The notes below the pieces were generated by a model that was not told where the DNA came from, searched no databases, and saw nothing but the letters and a program-made list of their open reading frames with translations. A stretch of DNA of 61,743 nucleotides, from positions 56,243 to 117,985 of the forward strand of contig CAZAVX010000002.1 of the NCBI GenBank assembly GCA_964488835.1, given 5' to 3'. The position numbers and the translations under genes are program-made. The stretch is from an uncultured Iamiaceae bacterium. Its GTDB lineage: Bacteria; Actinomycetota; Acidimicrobiia; Acidimicrobiales; SKKL01. Below, piece after piece: positions 19,612 through 28,021 of this stretch. Within the stretch, counting starts at the first letter, position 1; each line of letters begins with the position of its first letter.

Positions 19612-19864
19612 GCGACCCGGTCATAGGGTCGGGACCATGCGGCCCGGCTGGGGGGTTCGGCATCCCGATCTCCACCCCATCCTCACCGCACACGAGCCGT
19701 CCGGACCGCCTTCTCGGGCCGCATGGGTGGAGTTGTGTCCTACGGGTGGGACGAAACTCCGCCCATGGAGAGGGGTCGGCGCTGCTCCGGTGGTCTACCG
19801 GGCGCGCTGGCGGACCGCGGCGTACGCTCGCACCAGCCACGCTGCCTCGGGGGAGGGAGAGGGG

Positions 19865-21115
19865 ATGGTCGGTCGTCGACGCCGCACCCGCGCGGTGATC
19901 CCGCAGACACCGGAGGAGCTCACCGCCGAGTGGTTCACCGGCGCGCTCGCCCCCCACTCGGGCGGCGCCACGGTGCGCGACGTGACGGTCGAGGTGATCG
20001 GCACCGACGTGGGCTTCGCCGGCGAGGTCTACCGGTGTCATCTCGACTGGCCGCCCGCGCCCGCCGGCGAGACCGCCGATGCGTCACCGCCTCCCGCCTC
20101 GGTCGTGGTCAAGGTGCCCTCCCAGCGCCCCGAGAACCGGGCGGCGGTCGAGGCGGTGAATGCCTATGAGCGGGAGATCCGCGTGTACCGCGAGCTCGGC
20201 ACCTCCCTCGGTCTGCCGCTGCCGGTCCACCTCTACAGCGACTTCACACCGAACCCCGCGCCGTGGCTCGAACCCCTGCTGAAGTGGCTCTTCGACCGAC
20301 TCCCGGTGCGCACCCTCATGTGGCTCGTCGGACGCGCGCTCGCCCACGCCGGTCGCAGCCGACGCCGCTACGTGCTCGTCCTCGGCGACGTCACCGACGC
20401 CCGGCCTCCGAGCCAAGTCGACGGCGGTTCGCTCGATGACGCCCGTCTCGCACTCACCACCCTCGCCCGTTTCCACGCGGCGAACTGGATGCGGTCCGAC
20501 CTGCTCGGGGCGCACCCGTTCATCAACGCGTCGAACGAGGTGCCCCGCCTCCGTCAGGCCACCTACCAGCGCAACCGGGAGGCGTTCCTCGCCACCTTCG
20601 AGGCGTCGCTGACCCCGGCGGTCGTCGCGCGCCTCGACCACGTCCAGGCCCACCTGCCCGAGCTCCTCGACCGGATGGCCGACCCGCCGTGGACGATCCT
20701 CTGGGGCGACTACCGGCTCGACAACCTCCTGTTCCGACCCGACGGCAGCGTCGTCGTCATCGACCCGCAGCTGATCGCCTGGGGGCGCCCGGGCCTCGAC
20801 GTCACCTACTTCCTCTCGACCGCACTCGGTCCAGAGAACTGCGACACCGAGCCCGAACTGGTCCGCCACTACCACGATGCGCTCGTGGCTGCGGGGGTGA
20901 CCGAGCATCCGCTCGACGATCTTCTCGACGACATCGCCGTGGCCAAGGAGCTGCTCGGCCACGGGCTGGTCGCCTACGCCGGGTTCCTCGACACCGACAC
21001 CGCCGCGCTCGAGGTCAGCTTCGTCGACCTCGTCACCCACCGTGCGCTCGGGTGGCTCGCCGCCGCCCTCCCCGACTCGACCACGACCGCGAGCGCGCTC
21101 CCCGCCGACGACTGA
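19865..21115 (+). CDS. Phosphotransferase of the APH / ecdysteroid-kinase-like (EcKL) protein-kinase-like fold
   Basis: ATG at 19865 preceded by GGGAGGGAGAGGGG. The N-terminal segment IPQTPEELTAEWFTGAL is typical of EcKL/DUF1679-type proteins. Catalytic-loop-like GDYRLDNLLF and downstream VIDPQL motifs. 416 aa. The in-frame upstream 76 codons have many more A/T third positions and are judged non-coding. Confidence 0.75.
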   Translation: MVGRRRRTRAVIPQTPEELTAEWFTGALAPHSGGATVRDVTVEVIGTDVGFAGEVYRCHLDWPPAPAGETADASPPPASVVVKVPSQRPENRAAVEAVNAYEREIRVYRELGTSLGLPLPVHLYSDFTPNPAPWLEPLLKWLFDRLPVRTLMWLVGRALAHAGRSRRRYVLVLGDVTDARPPSQVDGGSLDDARLALTTLARFHAANWMRSDLLGAHPFINASNEVPRLRQATYQRNREAFLATFEASLTPAVVARLDHVQAHLPELLDRMADPPWTILWGDYRLDNLLFRPDGSVVVIDPQLIAWGRPGLDVTYFLSTALGPENCDTEPELVRHYHDALVAAGVTEHPLDDLLDDIAVAKELLGHGLVAYAGFLDTDTAALEVSFVDLVTHRALGWLAAALPDSTTTASALPADD

Positions 21116-21151
21116 CGAAGGCCCCGCGCGGGCGCGGTACCGTCGGCGGCG

Positions 21152-21808
21152 ATGAACCCCGAGGTGCACGACCGCGTCGAGCGCGAGCGAACGCTGTCCG
21201 CTCTGATCTGGCGGCTCGACACGCCCCGTCTGGCGGCGAGCTCCGCCCCGCTCGGGGGCGGCATCGGCGAGCGGCACTGGGTGCTGAACGCCCAGGTCGA
21301 GCGGGGCTACGACCGCGACGACCCGGCCGACCACCTCGTCGAGCTCGCCCGCGCCGCCGACCTCGGAGGCCCGGGCGTCGGCCTGATGACCGCGGTCGAC
21401 GTGCGGACCCACTCGACCGCCGAGGACTCCGACGTGCGGTGCTGGGCGACCGTCGGCGTCGAGATCCCGGCCTGGGCCGCGGCGCCCGACGCGGTCGCCT
21501 TCGCCGACGAGGACCCGGGCGTCACGGCCGGGGCCGCCCGACGGGTCGGCACGATCAACCTCGTCGTCGACGTGCCGGTACGGCTCTCCGAGGCCGCGCT
21601 CGTCAACGCCGTGGCGACCGCCACCGAGGCGAAGACCCAGGCGATGTGGGAGGCCGGCCTCGCCGGAACCGGGACTCCCACCGACGCGGTGTGCGTCGTG
21701 TGCCCCTCCGACGGGCCCGCCGAGCCCTACGGCGGTCCCCGCTCGCGCTGGGGCGCCCGCGTCGCCCGGGCGGTGCACGCCGCGGTGGCCGAGGGGTTGG
21801 TCCGGTGA
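21152..21808 (+). CDS. cbiZ: Adenosylcobinamide amidohydrolase
   Basis: 218 aa. Size, the overall pattern (LGGGIG ... GTINLVVDV ... ATEAKTQA ... GTGTPTDAV) and the operon context match the CbiZ family. Confidence 0.75.
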   Translation: MNPEVHDRVERERTLSALIWRLDTPRLAASSAPLGGGIGERHWVLNAQVERGYDRDDPADHLVELARAADLGGPGVGLMTAVDVRTHSTAEDSDVRCWATVGVEIPAWAAAPDAVAFADEDPGVTAGAARRVGTINLVVDVPVRLSEAALVNAVATATEAKTQAMWEAGLAGTGTPTDAVCVVCPSDGPAEPYGGPRSRWGARVARAVHAAVAEGLVR

Positions 21809-22308
21809 TCACCCTCGTGCTCGGCGGTGCACGCTCCGGCAAATCGACGGTGGCCGAGGGGTTCGCGACCGAGCTCTCCGCAGGTGGCACCCGGCCGGTC
21901 ACCTACGTGGCGACGATGATCGCCGACCCGTCCGACCCCGATCTCACCGGGAGACTCGACCGCCACCGCTCCCGCCGCGACTCCGCGTGGTCGACCGTCG
22001 AGCCGCCGTTCGACCTCGTCGAGGTGGTGGCCGACACTCCCGGCGTGCTCCTCGTCGACTCGCTCGGCCCGTGGGTGGGCCTCCAGCCCGACGGCGTGGA
22101 CCCGGAGCCACTCGTCGCCGCGCTGGAGGCTCGCACCGACCCGGTGGTGCTCGTCAGCGACGAAGTGGGAATGGGCGTGCACCCCGAGACCGAGCTCGGA
22201 CGGCGGTTCCGCGACGACCTCGGAGCCCTGAACCAGGCCGTCGCCGAGGTCGCCGACCGGTGCGTGCTGGTGGTGGCCGGCCGCGTGCTGAGCCTCGACC
22301 AGCCGTGA
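21805..22308 (+). CDS. cobU: Bifunctional adenosylcobinamide kinase / adenosylcobinamide-phosphate guanylyltransferase
   Basis: GTG start overlapping the cbiZ stop (GTGA). P-loop VLGGARSGKST near the N-terminus. 167 aa, typical CobU/CobP size. Confidence 0.85.
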   Translation: MITLVLGGARSGKSTVAEGFATELSAGGTRPVTYVATMIADPSDPDLTGRLDRHRSRRDSAWSTVEPPFDLVEVVADTPGVLLVDSLGPWVGLQPDGVDPEPLVAALEARTDPVVLVSDEVGMGVHPETELGRRFRDDLGALNQAVAEVADRCVLVVAGRVLSLDQP

Positions 22309-23027
22309 CCCCGCTCGCCGACCTGCGTGCCGCCTGGACGTTCCTCACGGTGGTGGGCAAGGGCTCGGGCCCGACCCCGGGAGCGATGGGCTGGTTCCCC
22401 GTCGTCGGCGCGCTCGTCGGCGGCACGGTCGGGCTCGTGTGGTGGGGCGCGAGCGAGCTGTGGCCGCCGTTCGTCGCGGCGACGCTCGCCGTGACCGCAG
22501 ATCTCGTCCTCACCGGCGGCCTCCACCACGACGGACTGGCCGACAGCGCCGACGGGCTGCTCCCCCACCTGCCCCGGGCACGCCGCCTCGTGGTGATGCG
22601 CGAGCCCGACGTCGGCGCCTTCGGTCTCCTCGCCCTGGTCGTCGTGGTGCTCCTGCGGGTCGGTGCACTCGCATCGATCGAGGTCCGACCCCTGGTGCTG
22701 GCGGGCCTGTGGTGCGCGAGTCGCACCGCGATGGCGGTGCTCGCCCGTGCGGTGCCCTACGCCCGCGCCGAGGGTGGCCTCGCCTCCGCGTTCCTCGGGG
22801 GCTCCCCGGTCGCGGTCGGCGCGACGGGCACCCTGCTCACCGCAGTGCTCCTCGTACCGGAGGGCACGATCGCCGTGCTGGTGGCCGCCGTCGCGCTCGT
22901 GGCGGGCGCCGGGGCCGTGGCGGTACTCGCCCACCGGCGTCTGGGTGGGGTCACCGGCGACGTGCTCGGTGCAGCCGGCGTGGTGGGCGAGACGCTGGCG
23001 CTCGTTGCCCTGGCGGCACGGTGGTGA
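22305..23027 (+). CDS. cobS: Adenosylcobinamide-GDP ribazoletransferase (cobalamin 5'-phosphate synthase)
   Basis: GTG start overlapping the cobU stop (GTGA). A 240-aa polytopic membrane protein with the CobS-type motif HHDGLADSADGL. Confidence 0.85.
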   Translation: MTPLADLRAAWTFLTVVGKGSGPTPGAMGWFPVVGALVGGTVGLVWWGASELWPPFVAATLAVTADLVLTGGLHHDGLADSADGLLPHLPRARRLVVMREPDVGAFGLLALVVVVLLRVGALASIEVRPLVLAGLWCASRTAMAVLARAVPYARAEGGLASAFLGGSPVAVGATGTLLTAVLLVPEGTIAVLVAAVALVAGAGAVAVLAHRRLGGVTGDVLGAAGVVGETLALVALAARW

Positions 23028-23941
23028 CCCGCCGACGCTCCACCGCGCTCGCCGCTGCGGCAGGCCTGGTGCTCGACCAGGTGCTCGGCGACCCACCCTC
23101 GGCCGCGCATCCCGTCGCCTGGTTCGGCCGTGCGATGGGAGTGCTCGAGCGGCGGTGGTGGTCCGACGACCGTCGTGCAGGTTCGGCCTACGCCGCCGCC
23201 GGGCTCGGCGTGGCAGCCGCTGCGGGCCTCGCCGCGCCCTCGACGGCGGTGGCCACCTGGGTCGCCACCGGTGCCCGTTCGCTCCACGCCGTGGCCCTCG
23301 ACGTGAGCGACGCGCTCGCCGACGACGACCTCGACCTCGCCCGGGAGCTGCTGCCCAACCTCGTCGGTCGCGACCCCGACTCGCTCGACACCACCGGCAT
23401 CGCCCGGGCGGCGATCGAGTCGGTCGCCGAGAACACCACCGACGCGATCGTCGCGCCGGCGCTCTGGGCGGCCCTGGCGGGTGCGCCCGGCACCCTCGTC
23501 CATCGTGCGGCCGACACCATGGACTCCATGGTGGGCCACCGCACCGAACGCCACGATCGCTTCGGATGGGCAGCCGCACGCGCCGACGACCTACTGGCCT
23601 GGGTCCCAGCCCGCGTCGGTGTCGGGCTCGTCACCCTCGTGCGACCCCGCCGCGCCGCCGCGGTGATCCGCACCGTGCGGCGCGACGCCCCGGCCCACCC
23701 CTCGCCCAACGCGGGGATGATCGAAGCGGCGTTCGCCGGAGCCCTCGGGCTGCGCCTCGGTGGCCCGACGACCTACCGGGGAGTCGTCGACCACCGGCCA
23801 ACGCTCGGCGACGGTCGCGAGCCCGGGTCTGGTGACGTGGCCGCCGCTGTCGCCCTCTCGCGCGAGGTGACCGTCGCCCTCACCGCGGGGCTCGCGGCGT
23901 GGAGTGCGGGCCGCGCGATCCGCGGACGGAGCCGACGGTGA
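23024..23941 (+). CDS. cbiB: Adenosylcobinamide-phosphate synthase
   Basis: GTG start overlapping the cobS stop (GTGA). A membrane protein of about 305 aa with CbiB/CobD-type motifs (LLDQVLGDPP..HPV, ESVAENTTDAIVAPL, HPSPNAG). Confidence 0.85.
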   Translation: MTRRRSTALAAAAGLVLDQVLGDPPSAAHPVAWFGRAMGVLERRWWSDDRRAGSAYAAAGLGVAAAAGLAAPSTAVATWVATGARSLHAVALDVSDALADDDLDLARELLPNLVGRDPDSLDTTGIARAAIESVAENTTDAIVAPALWAALAGAPGTLVHRAADTMDSMVGHRTERHDRFGWAAARADDLLAWVPARVGVGLVTLVRPRRAAAVIRTVRRDAPAHPSPNAGMIEAAFAGALGLRLGGPTTYRGVVDHRPTLGDGREPGSGDVAAAVALSREVTVALTAGLAAWSAGRAIRGRSRR

Positions 23942-24855
23942 CCGCGGCCGTTCCACCGCCCGGCGCCCACGGCGGCGACGGCCCTGCCCTCGCCCGGGCG
24001 CTGGGCGTCGATCCGACCGAGGTACTCGACCTCTCCCAGTCGCTCAACCCGTTCGCACCCGACCCGGCTCCCGTGGTGGCCGCCGTCGCCGCCGCCACCC
24101 GCCACTACCCCGACGTGACCGCCGGCGAGAAGACCCTCGCCGAGGTCGCAGGCTTCGACACCGACCGGCTGGTGCTCACGAACGGAGGGAGCGAGGCGAT
24201 CGCGCTGGTCGCCACCGAGGCCCCGACCGGATCGGTCGCCGAACCCGAGTTCTCGCTCTATCGGCGACACCTCACCCTCGACCACTCCGGCCCCCGCTGG
24301 CGCTCCAACCCCAACAACCCACTCGGCACCCTCGCCGCGGCCGGCGACGCCGCGGGCGTGTGGGACGAGGCGTTCTGGCCCCACAGCACCGGGACCTGGA
24401 CGCGCGGGGACGCCGACCGTGGGGCGTGGGTCGTCGGCTCGCTCACCAAGCTGCTCGCCTGCCCCGGGCTCCGCCTCGGCTACGCGCTGGCGCCGGACCC
24501 CGACGCCGCCGACCGCCTCCGGGCCCGCCGCCCGCAGTGGTCGGTGAACAGCCTGGCGCTCGCCGCGCTCCCCGACCTGCTCGCCACCGTCGATCTCCCG
24601 CGGTGGACCGGCGAGCTCCGCACGGCCCGTGCCGCGCTCGTCGACACGCTCCGCGAGCGCGAACTCGACGTCCGTGCCGCGGACGCGCCCTGGGTGCTCG
24701 TGCACGGCGCTCGCTCCCTGCGCGCCGGGCTCGCCCGCCACGCCGTCCTGGTTCGCGACTGCTCGTCGTTCGGACTCGACGCGGTGCGCATCGCCGTGCC
24801 CCACCCCGACGAGTTGCCGCGCCTCACCTCCGCCCTCGACAGGATCCTCTCATGA
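23938..24855 (+). CDS. cobD: L-threonine-O-3-phosphate decarboxylase (class I/II aminotransferase fold; Salmonella CobD / Pseudomonas CobC type)
   Basis: GTG start overlapping the cbiB stop (GTGA). N-terminal segment HGGDGPALARALGVDPTEVLDLSQSLNPFAP is typical of the family. PLP-lysine motif SLTK. About 305 aa. Confidence 0.8.
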   Translation: MTAAVPPPGAHGGDGPALARALGVDPTEVLDLSQSLNPFAPDPAPVVAAVAAATRHYPDVTAGEKTLAEVAGFDTDRLVLTNGGSEAIALVATEAPTGSVAEPEFSLYRRHLTLDHSGPRWRSNPNNPLGTLAAAGDAAGVWDEAFWPHSTGTWTRGDADRGAWVVGSLTKLLACPGLRLGYALAPDPDAADRLRARRPQWSVNSLALAALPDLLATVDLPRWTGELRTARAALVDTLRERELDVRAADAPWVLVHGARSLRAGLARHAVLVRDCSSFGLDAVRIAVPHPDELPRLTSALDRILS

Positions 24856-26384
24856 CCCGACCGTCCCTCCACGACCGTCTCGACGCCGTGTTGTTCGACG
24901 TGGGCGACACCCTGGTGCACGCGGCACCGTCCGGCACGGCGGTCGGAGAGCTCGTCGCCGAACCGAGGCCGCAGGTGGTCGACGACCTTCGGGCACTCCA
25001 TGCGGCAGGGATCCGCATCGGCGCGGTGACCGACACCTCGGTGATGACCGAGGCCGACGTGCGGGCCCTGCTCGTACCCGTAGCGCTCGACGAGCTGCTC
25101 GAGGTGGTGGTGACCTCCGTCGACGTCGGCGCGGCGAAGCCCGACCCCACGTCGCTGCGCACCGCCCTGCGCCGCCTCCAGGTGGTGCCCGAGCGGGTCC
25201 TGTTCGTCGGCGACCGGGTCGTCGACCGCGACGCCGCCCGGGCGGCGGGCACCGGGTTCGCGTTCGTCCGGGACACGGTGCGCACCACCCTCGACCGCTG
25301 GCTGACGACGCCCGAGCGACCGATCGATGCGACCCTCGATCGCTGGGAGGCCGAGCGCGAGCATCGGCCGGACGCCGCGGCGCGAGCCGCCGCGGACGCC
25401 GAGGCCCGCCTCGCTGCGCTCGCCAAGCCGCCCGGCTCGCTCGGCCGGCTCGAGACCCTCGCCGCGCGGCTCGCGGCGATCGCCGGCTCGTGCCCGCCCC
25501 CGATCCCCCGTCCCGTCGAGGTGCTCGTGTTCGCCGCCGACCACGGCGTGCACGCCGAAGGGGTGACCGCCTGGCCCCAGGAGATCACGACGGCGATGGT
25601 CGCCACCATGGCGAGCGGACGGGCCTCCGTCAACGCCCTCGCCCGGACGGTGGGGGCGGCGACCACCGTCGTCGACGTGGGGGTCGCCACCCCGCCGACG
25701 GGCCTGCCGGGAGTCGAGGATCGTCGGGTCCGCGCCGGCACCCGCAACCTCGCCGAGGAACCGGCGATGAACCTCGCCGAGGCGTGCGACGCGCTCGACG
25801 TCGGCGTCGAGGCCGCCGCCCGCGCCGCAGCGACCGGCGCGAGGTGCCTCGTGATCGGCGAGATGGGCATCGCGAACACCACGGCGGCCACCGCCCTGAT
25901 CTGCGCCCACACCGGACGCCCGGCCGCGGAGCTCACCGGACGCGGAGCCGGGGCCGACGACGACACCCTCGCCCGCAAGACCGCTGCCATCGAGCGGGCC
26001 CTCGCCCGTCACCCACTCGGCGACCACCCCCTCGAGCTGTTGGCCTCCCTCGGCGGCCTCGAGATCGCGGCGATGGCCGGCGTGGTCGTGGCCGGGGCGG
26101 CGGCGGGGATCCCCGTGGTCGTCGACGGCGTGATCGCCGACGCCGCCCTCCTCTGCGCCGAGGCGCTCGCCCCCGGCGTGGTCGACCACGCGATCGCCGG
26201 CCACCGGTCGACCGAACCGGCGGCCAGCGCCGCGCTCGACCACCTCGGACTCGAGCCACTGCTCGACCTCGGCATGCGCCTCGGCGAGGGCACCGGGGCG
26301 GTGCTCGCGGTCCCGCTGCTCGAGGCGGCCGCCCGCCTGCTCCACGACGTGGCGACGATCGCCGAGCTCACCGACGGCAGCTGA
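24852..26384 (+). CDS. cobT: Fusion protein: N-terminal HAD-IA hydrolase domain + nicotinate-nucleotide:dimethylbenzimidazole phosphoribosyltransferase
   Basis: ATG overlapping the cobD stop (ATGA). HAD motifs in residues about 9-145 (FDVGDTL, AVTDTS, GAAKPDP, FVGDRVVDRDAARAAG). The CobT domain starts around residue 175 (LAKPPGSLGRLE, GEMGIANTT, LGEGTGA). 510 aa. Confidence 0.85.
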   Translation: MTRPSLHDRLDAVLFDVGDTLVHAAPSGTAVGELVAEPRPQVVDDLRALHAAGIRIGAVTDTSVMTEADVRALLVPVALDELLEVVVTSVDVGAAKPDPTSLRTALRRLQVVPERVLFVGDRVVDRDAARAAGTGFAFVRDTVRTTLDRWLTTPERPIDATLDRWEAEREHRPDAAARAAADAEARLAALAKPPGSLGRLETLAARLAAIAGSCPPPIPRPVEVLVFAADHGVHAEGVTAWPQEITTAMVATMASGRASVNALARTVGAATTVVDVGVATPPTGLPGVEDRRVRAGTRNLAEEPAMNLAEACDALDVGVEAAARAAATGARCLVIGEMGIANTTAATALICAHTGRPAAELTGRGAGADDDTLARKTAAIERALARHPLGDHPLELLASLGGLEIAAMAGVVVAGAAAGIPVVVDGVIADAALLCAEALAPGVVDHAIAGHRSTEPAASAALDHLGLEPLLDLGMRLGEGTGAVLAVPLLEAAARLLHDVATIAELTDGS

Positions 26385-26421
26385 GCGGCGCCCGCGTCCG
26401 GACCCAGCTCGGGCCGCCACC

Positions 26422-27255
26422 TCAGGCGGGGCGCACCGCCTGGAGCGTGAACGACATCGGTACCCGCTCGGGGCGGTCGACGAGCCGCCACTCGTGGGGC
26501 GTGTGCTCCTCCATGAGGCCCGGCAGCGCGCACCACGGCGTCGAGTCGTGCTCCTCGATCGCGGTGAGCTGCATCCCGGCGTCGAGGACGGCGGTGATGA
26601 TCTCGGCGAGTCCGTGGTTGAACTCGATCGTGGTGGGCCATTCGATCTCGCCCTCGTGGTCGACATAGGACTGCTTGGTCTCGAACCGCACACCTTCGGG
26701 AGTCTCGAAGTACGGGTGCTCGATGCTGAGCACGCCGTCGCCCCGCTCGTCGTCGAGGCTGAACAGCACGGGGTGCCCGTCGCGGACGAAGAGACGCCCG
26801 CCGGGTCGGAGCAGGCCGGCCACCACCTGTGCCCATTCGCGGATTCGGGGGAGCCAGCACAGGGCGCCGACGCCGGTGTAGACGAGGTCGAACCGCTCGC
26901 GTCCGAGGACCTCGGTCGCCTCGTACACATCGGCCTCGACGAACGTGCCCTCCGCTCCGCACTCGGCGAACAGCTCGCGAGCCGCGGCGAGCGCCGAGCC
27001 CGAGAAGTCGAGCCCGGTGACCCGCGCCCCGAGCCGGGCGAGCGAGAGGGTGTCGGTACCGATGTGGCACTGGAGGTGGACGACGTCGAGCCCCGCGATG
27101 TCGCCGAGCCGCGGGCGATCGAACGCGACAGTGCCCGACAGATGCGCAGGGTCGGCGCGGAAGGCGTCGAGGTCGTAGCCGCCGGCTCCGGTGTGCAGCG
27201 GAACCCGCGCCTCCCAGTTCGCGTGGTTCACCCGGCGGTAGTCGTCGGAGGACAC
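26422..27255 (-). CDS. Class I SAM-dependent methyltransferase
   Basis: 277 aa. SAM-binding motif I region VVHLQCHIGTDTLSLARLGARVTGLDFS and post-I acidic residues. Confidence 0.8.
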   Translation of the reverse strand: MSSDDYRRVNHANWEARVPLHTGAGGYDLDAFRADPAHLSGTVAFDRPRLGDIAGLDVVHLQCHIGTDTLSLARLGARVTGLDFSGSALAAARELFAECGAEGTFVEADVYEATEVLGRERFDLVYTGVGALCWLPRIREWAQVVAGLLRPGGRLFVRDGHPVLFSLDDERGDGVLSIEHPYFETPEGVRFETKQSYVDHEGEIEWPTTIEFNHGLAEIITAVLDAGMQLTAIEEHDSTPWCALPGLMEEHTPHEWRLVDRPERVPMSFTLQAVRPA

Positions 27256-27394
27256 TCCGAGGACAGTAGGCCATACGACTCATTCGGTGACGGGGTTCAG
27301 ACCCCTCGAGGGTCGCCCGGTAGGGTCGGCGAGGTCCACGACACACGAGGTCTCTCTTCGACGCGCTGTCCGGAGACCAGATGGAGAAGCACGC

Positions 27395-28000
27395 ATGCAC
27401 CGTCTCGCCGCCCTCGCCCTCACGCTCCTGCTCGCGGGATTCCTCGCGGCGTGCGGGGACGACGATTCCGACACCAGCAGTCCTGCCGACACCGCCGCCG
27501 GGTCGAGCACGGCCGACGACACCGCCGATGGCCCCGCCGACGACACCGCGTCCGACGACCCGGCCGACGAGGGTGACGACACCCCGCCCGCCTCCACCGG
27601 TGACGCCGGCACCGCCACCGTCGACGGCGCGACCTACGGCTTCGACCGTGCCCTGCGCTGTGACCCCGACTCGGTGGGCGTCCCCGGTCTCGAACGTGAG
27701 ATCGAGGCACAGTTCCTCGGTGACGGCGTGCAGCTCGACGTGTACGTCGAGTCGATCAACGGGATGCCCATGCACCAGGTCTCCTGGGCGGGTCCCGAAG
27801 GCATCTTCGGCGCCTCCTTCACCCAGATCGGCGATAGCTGGATGGGCGAGGGCGACGACATCTACCAGGACTCCCCCGTCGTGGTCGACGGCGATCGCGC
27901 CACCGGGTCGGTCGTGCTCTACGACGCGATGACGATGGAGGACACGATCGAGCTCGACTTCGACGTGACGATCCCGTCCGAGACCTTCGCCTGTCGCTGA
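27395..28000 (+). CDS. Lipoprotein of unknown function
   Basis: ATG at 27395 preceded by GGAGAAG. Signal peptide and lipobox LLAGFLAAC followed by a GDDDSD low-complexity linker, then a globular domain of about 130 aa. Confidence 0.7.
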   Translation: MHRLAALALTLLLAGFLAACGDDDSDTSSPADTAAGSSTADDTADGPADDTASDDPADEGDDTPPASTGDAGTATVDGATYGFDRALRCDPDSVGVPGLEREIEAQFLGDGVQLDVYVESINGMPMHQVSWAGPEGIFGASFTQIGDSWMGEGDDIYQDSPVVVDGDRATGSVVLYDAMTMEDTIELDFDVTIPSETFACR

Positions 28001-28021
28001 TCGACAGCGGTCGGCCGCGGC

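Noticed and set aside
19650-19666. tRNA-like T-loop sequence GGGGGGTTCGGCATCCC.
   Set aside because: The flanks do not form a 5-bp T-stem with correct loop positions. No acceptor, D or anticodon arms can be drawn around it.
19612-19864. Cobalamin riboswitch upstream of the cobamide operon.
   Set aside because: It was expected from the context. By eye, however, I cannot find the B12 box (AGYCMGGAGACCKGCC-like) or the conserved GGTG..AA.TCC / GCCACTG core. The segments GGTGGGACGAAACTCC and CACCAGCCACGCTGCC are only vague resemblances. It is kept as an open question in the findings, not called as a feature.
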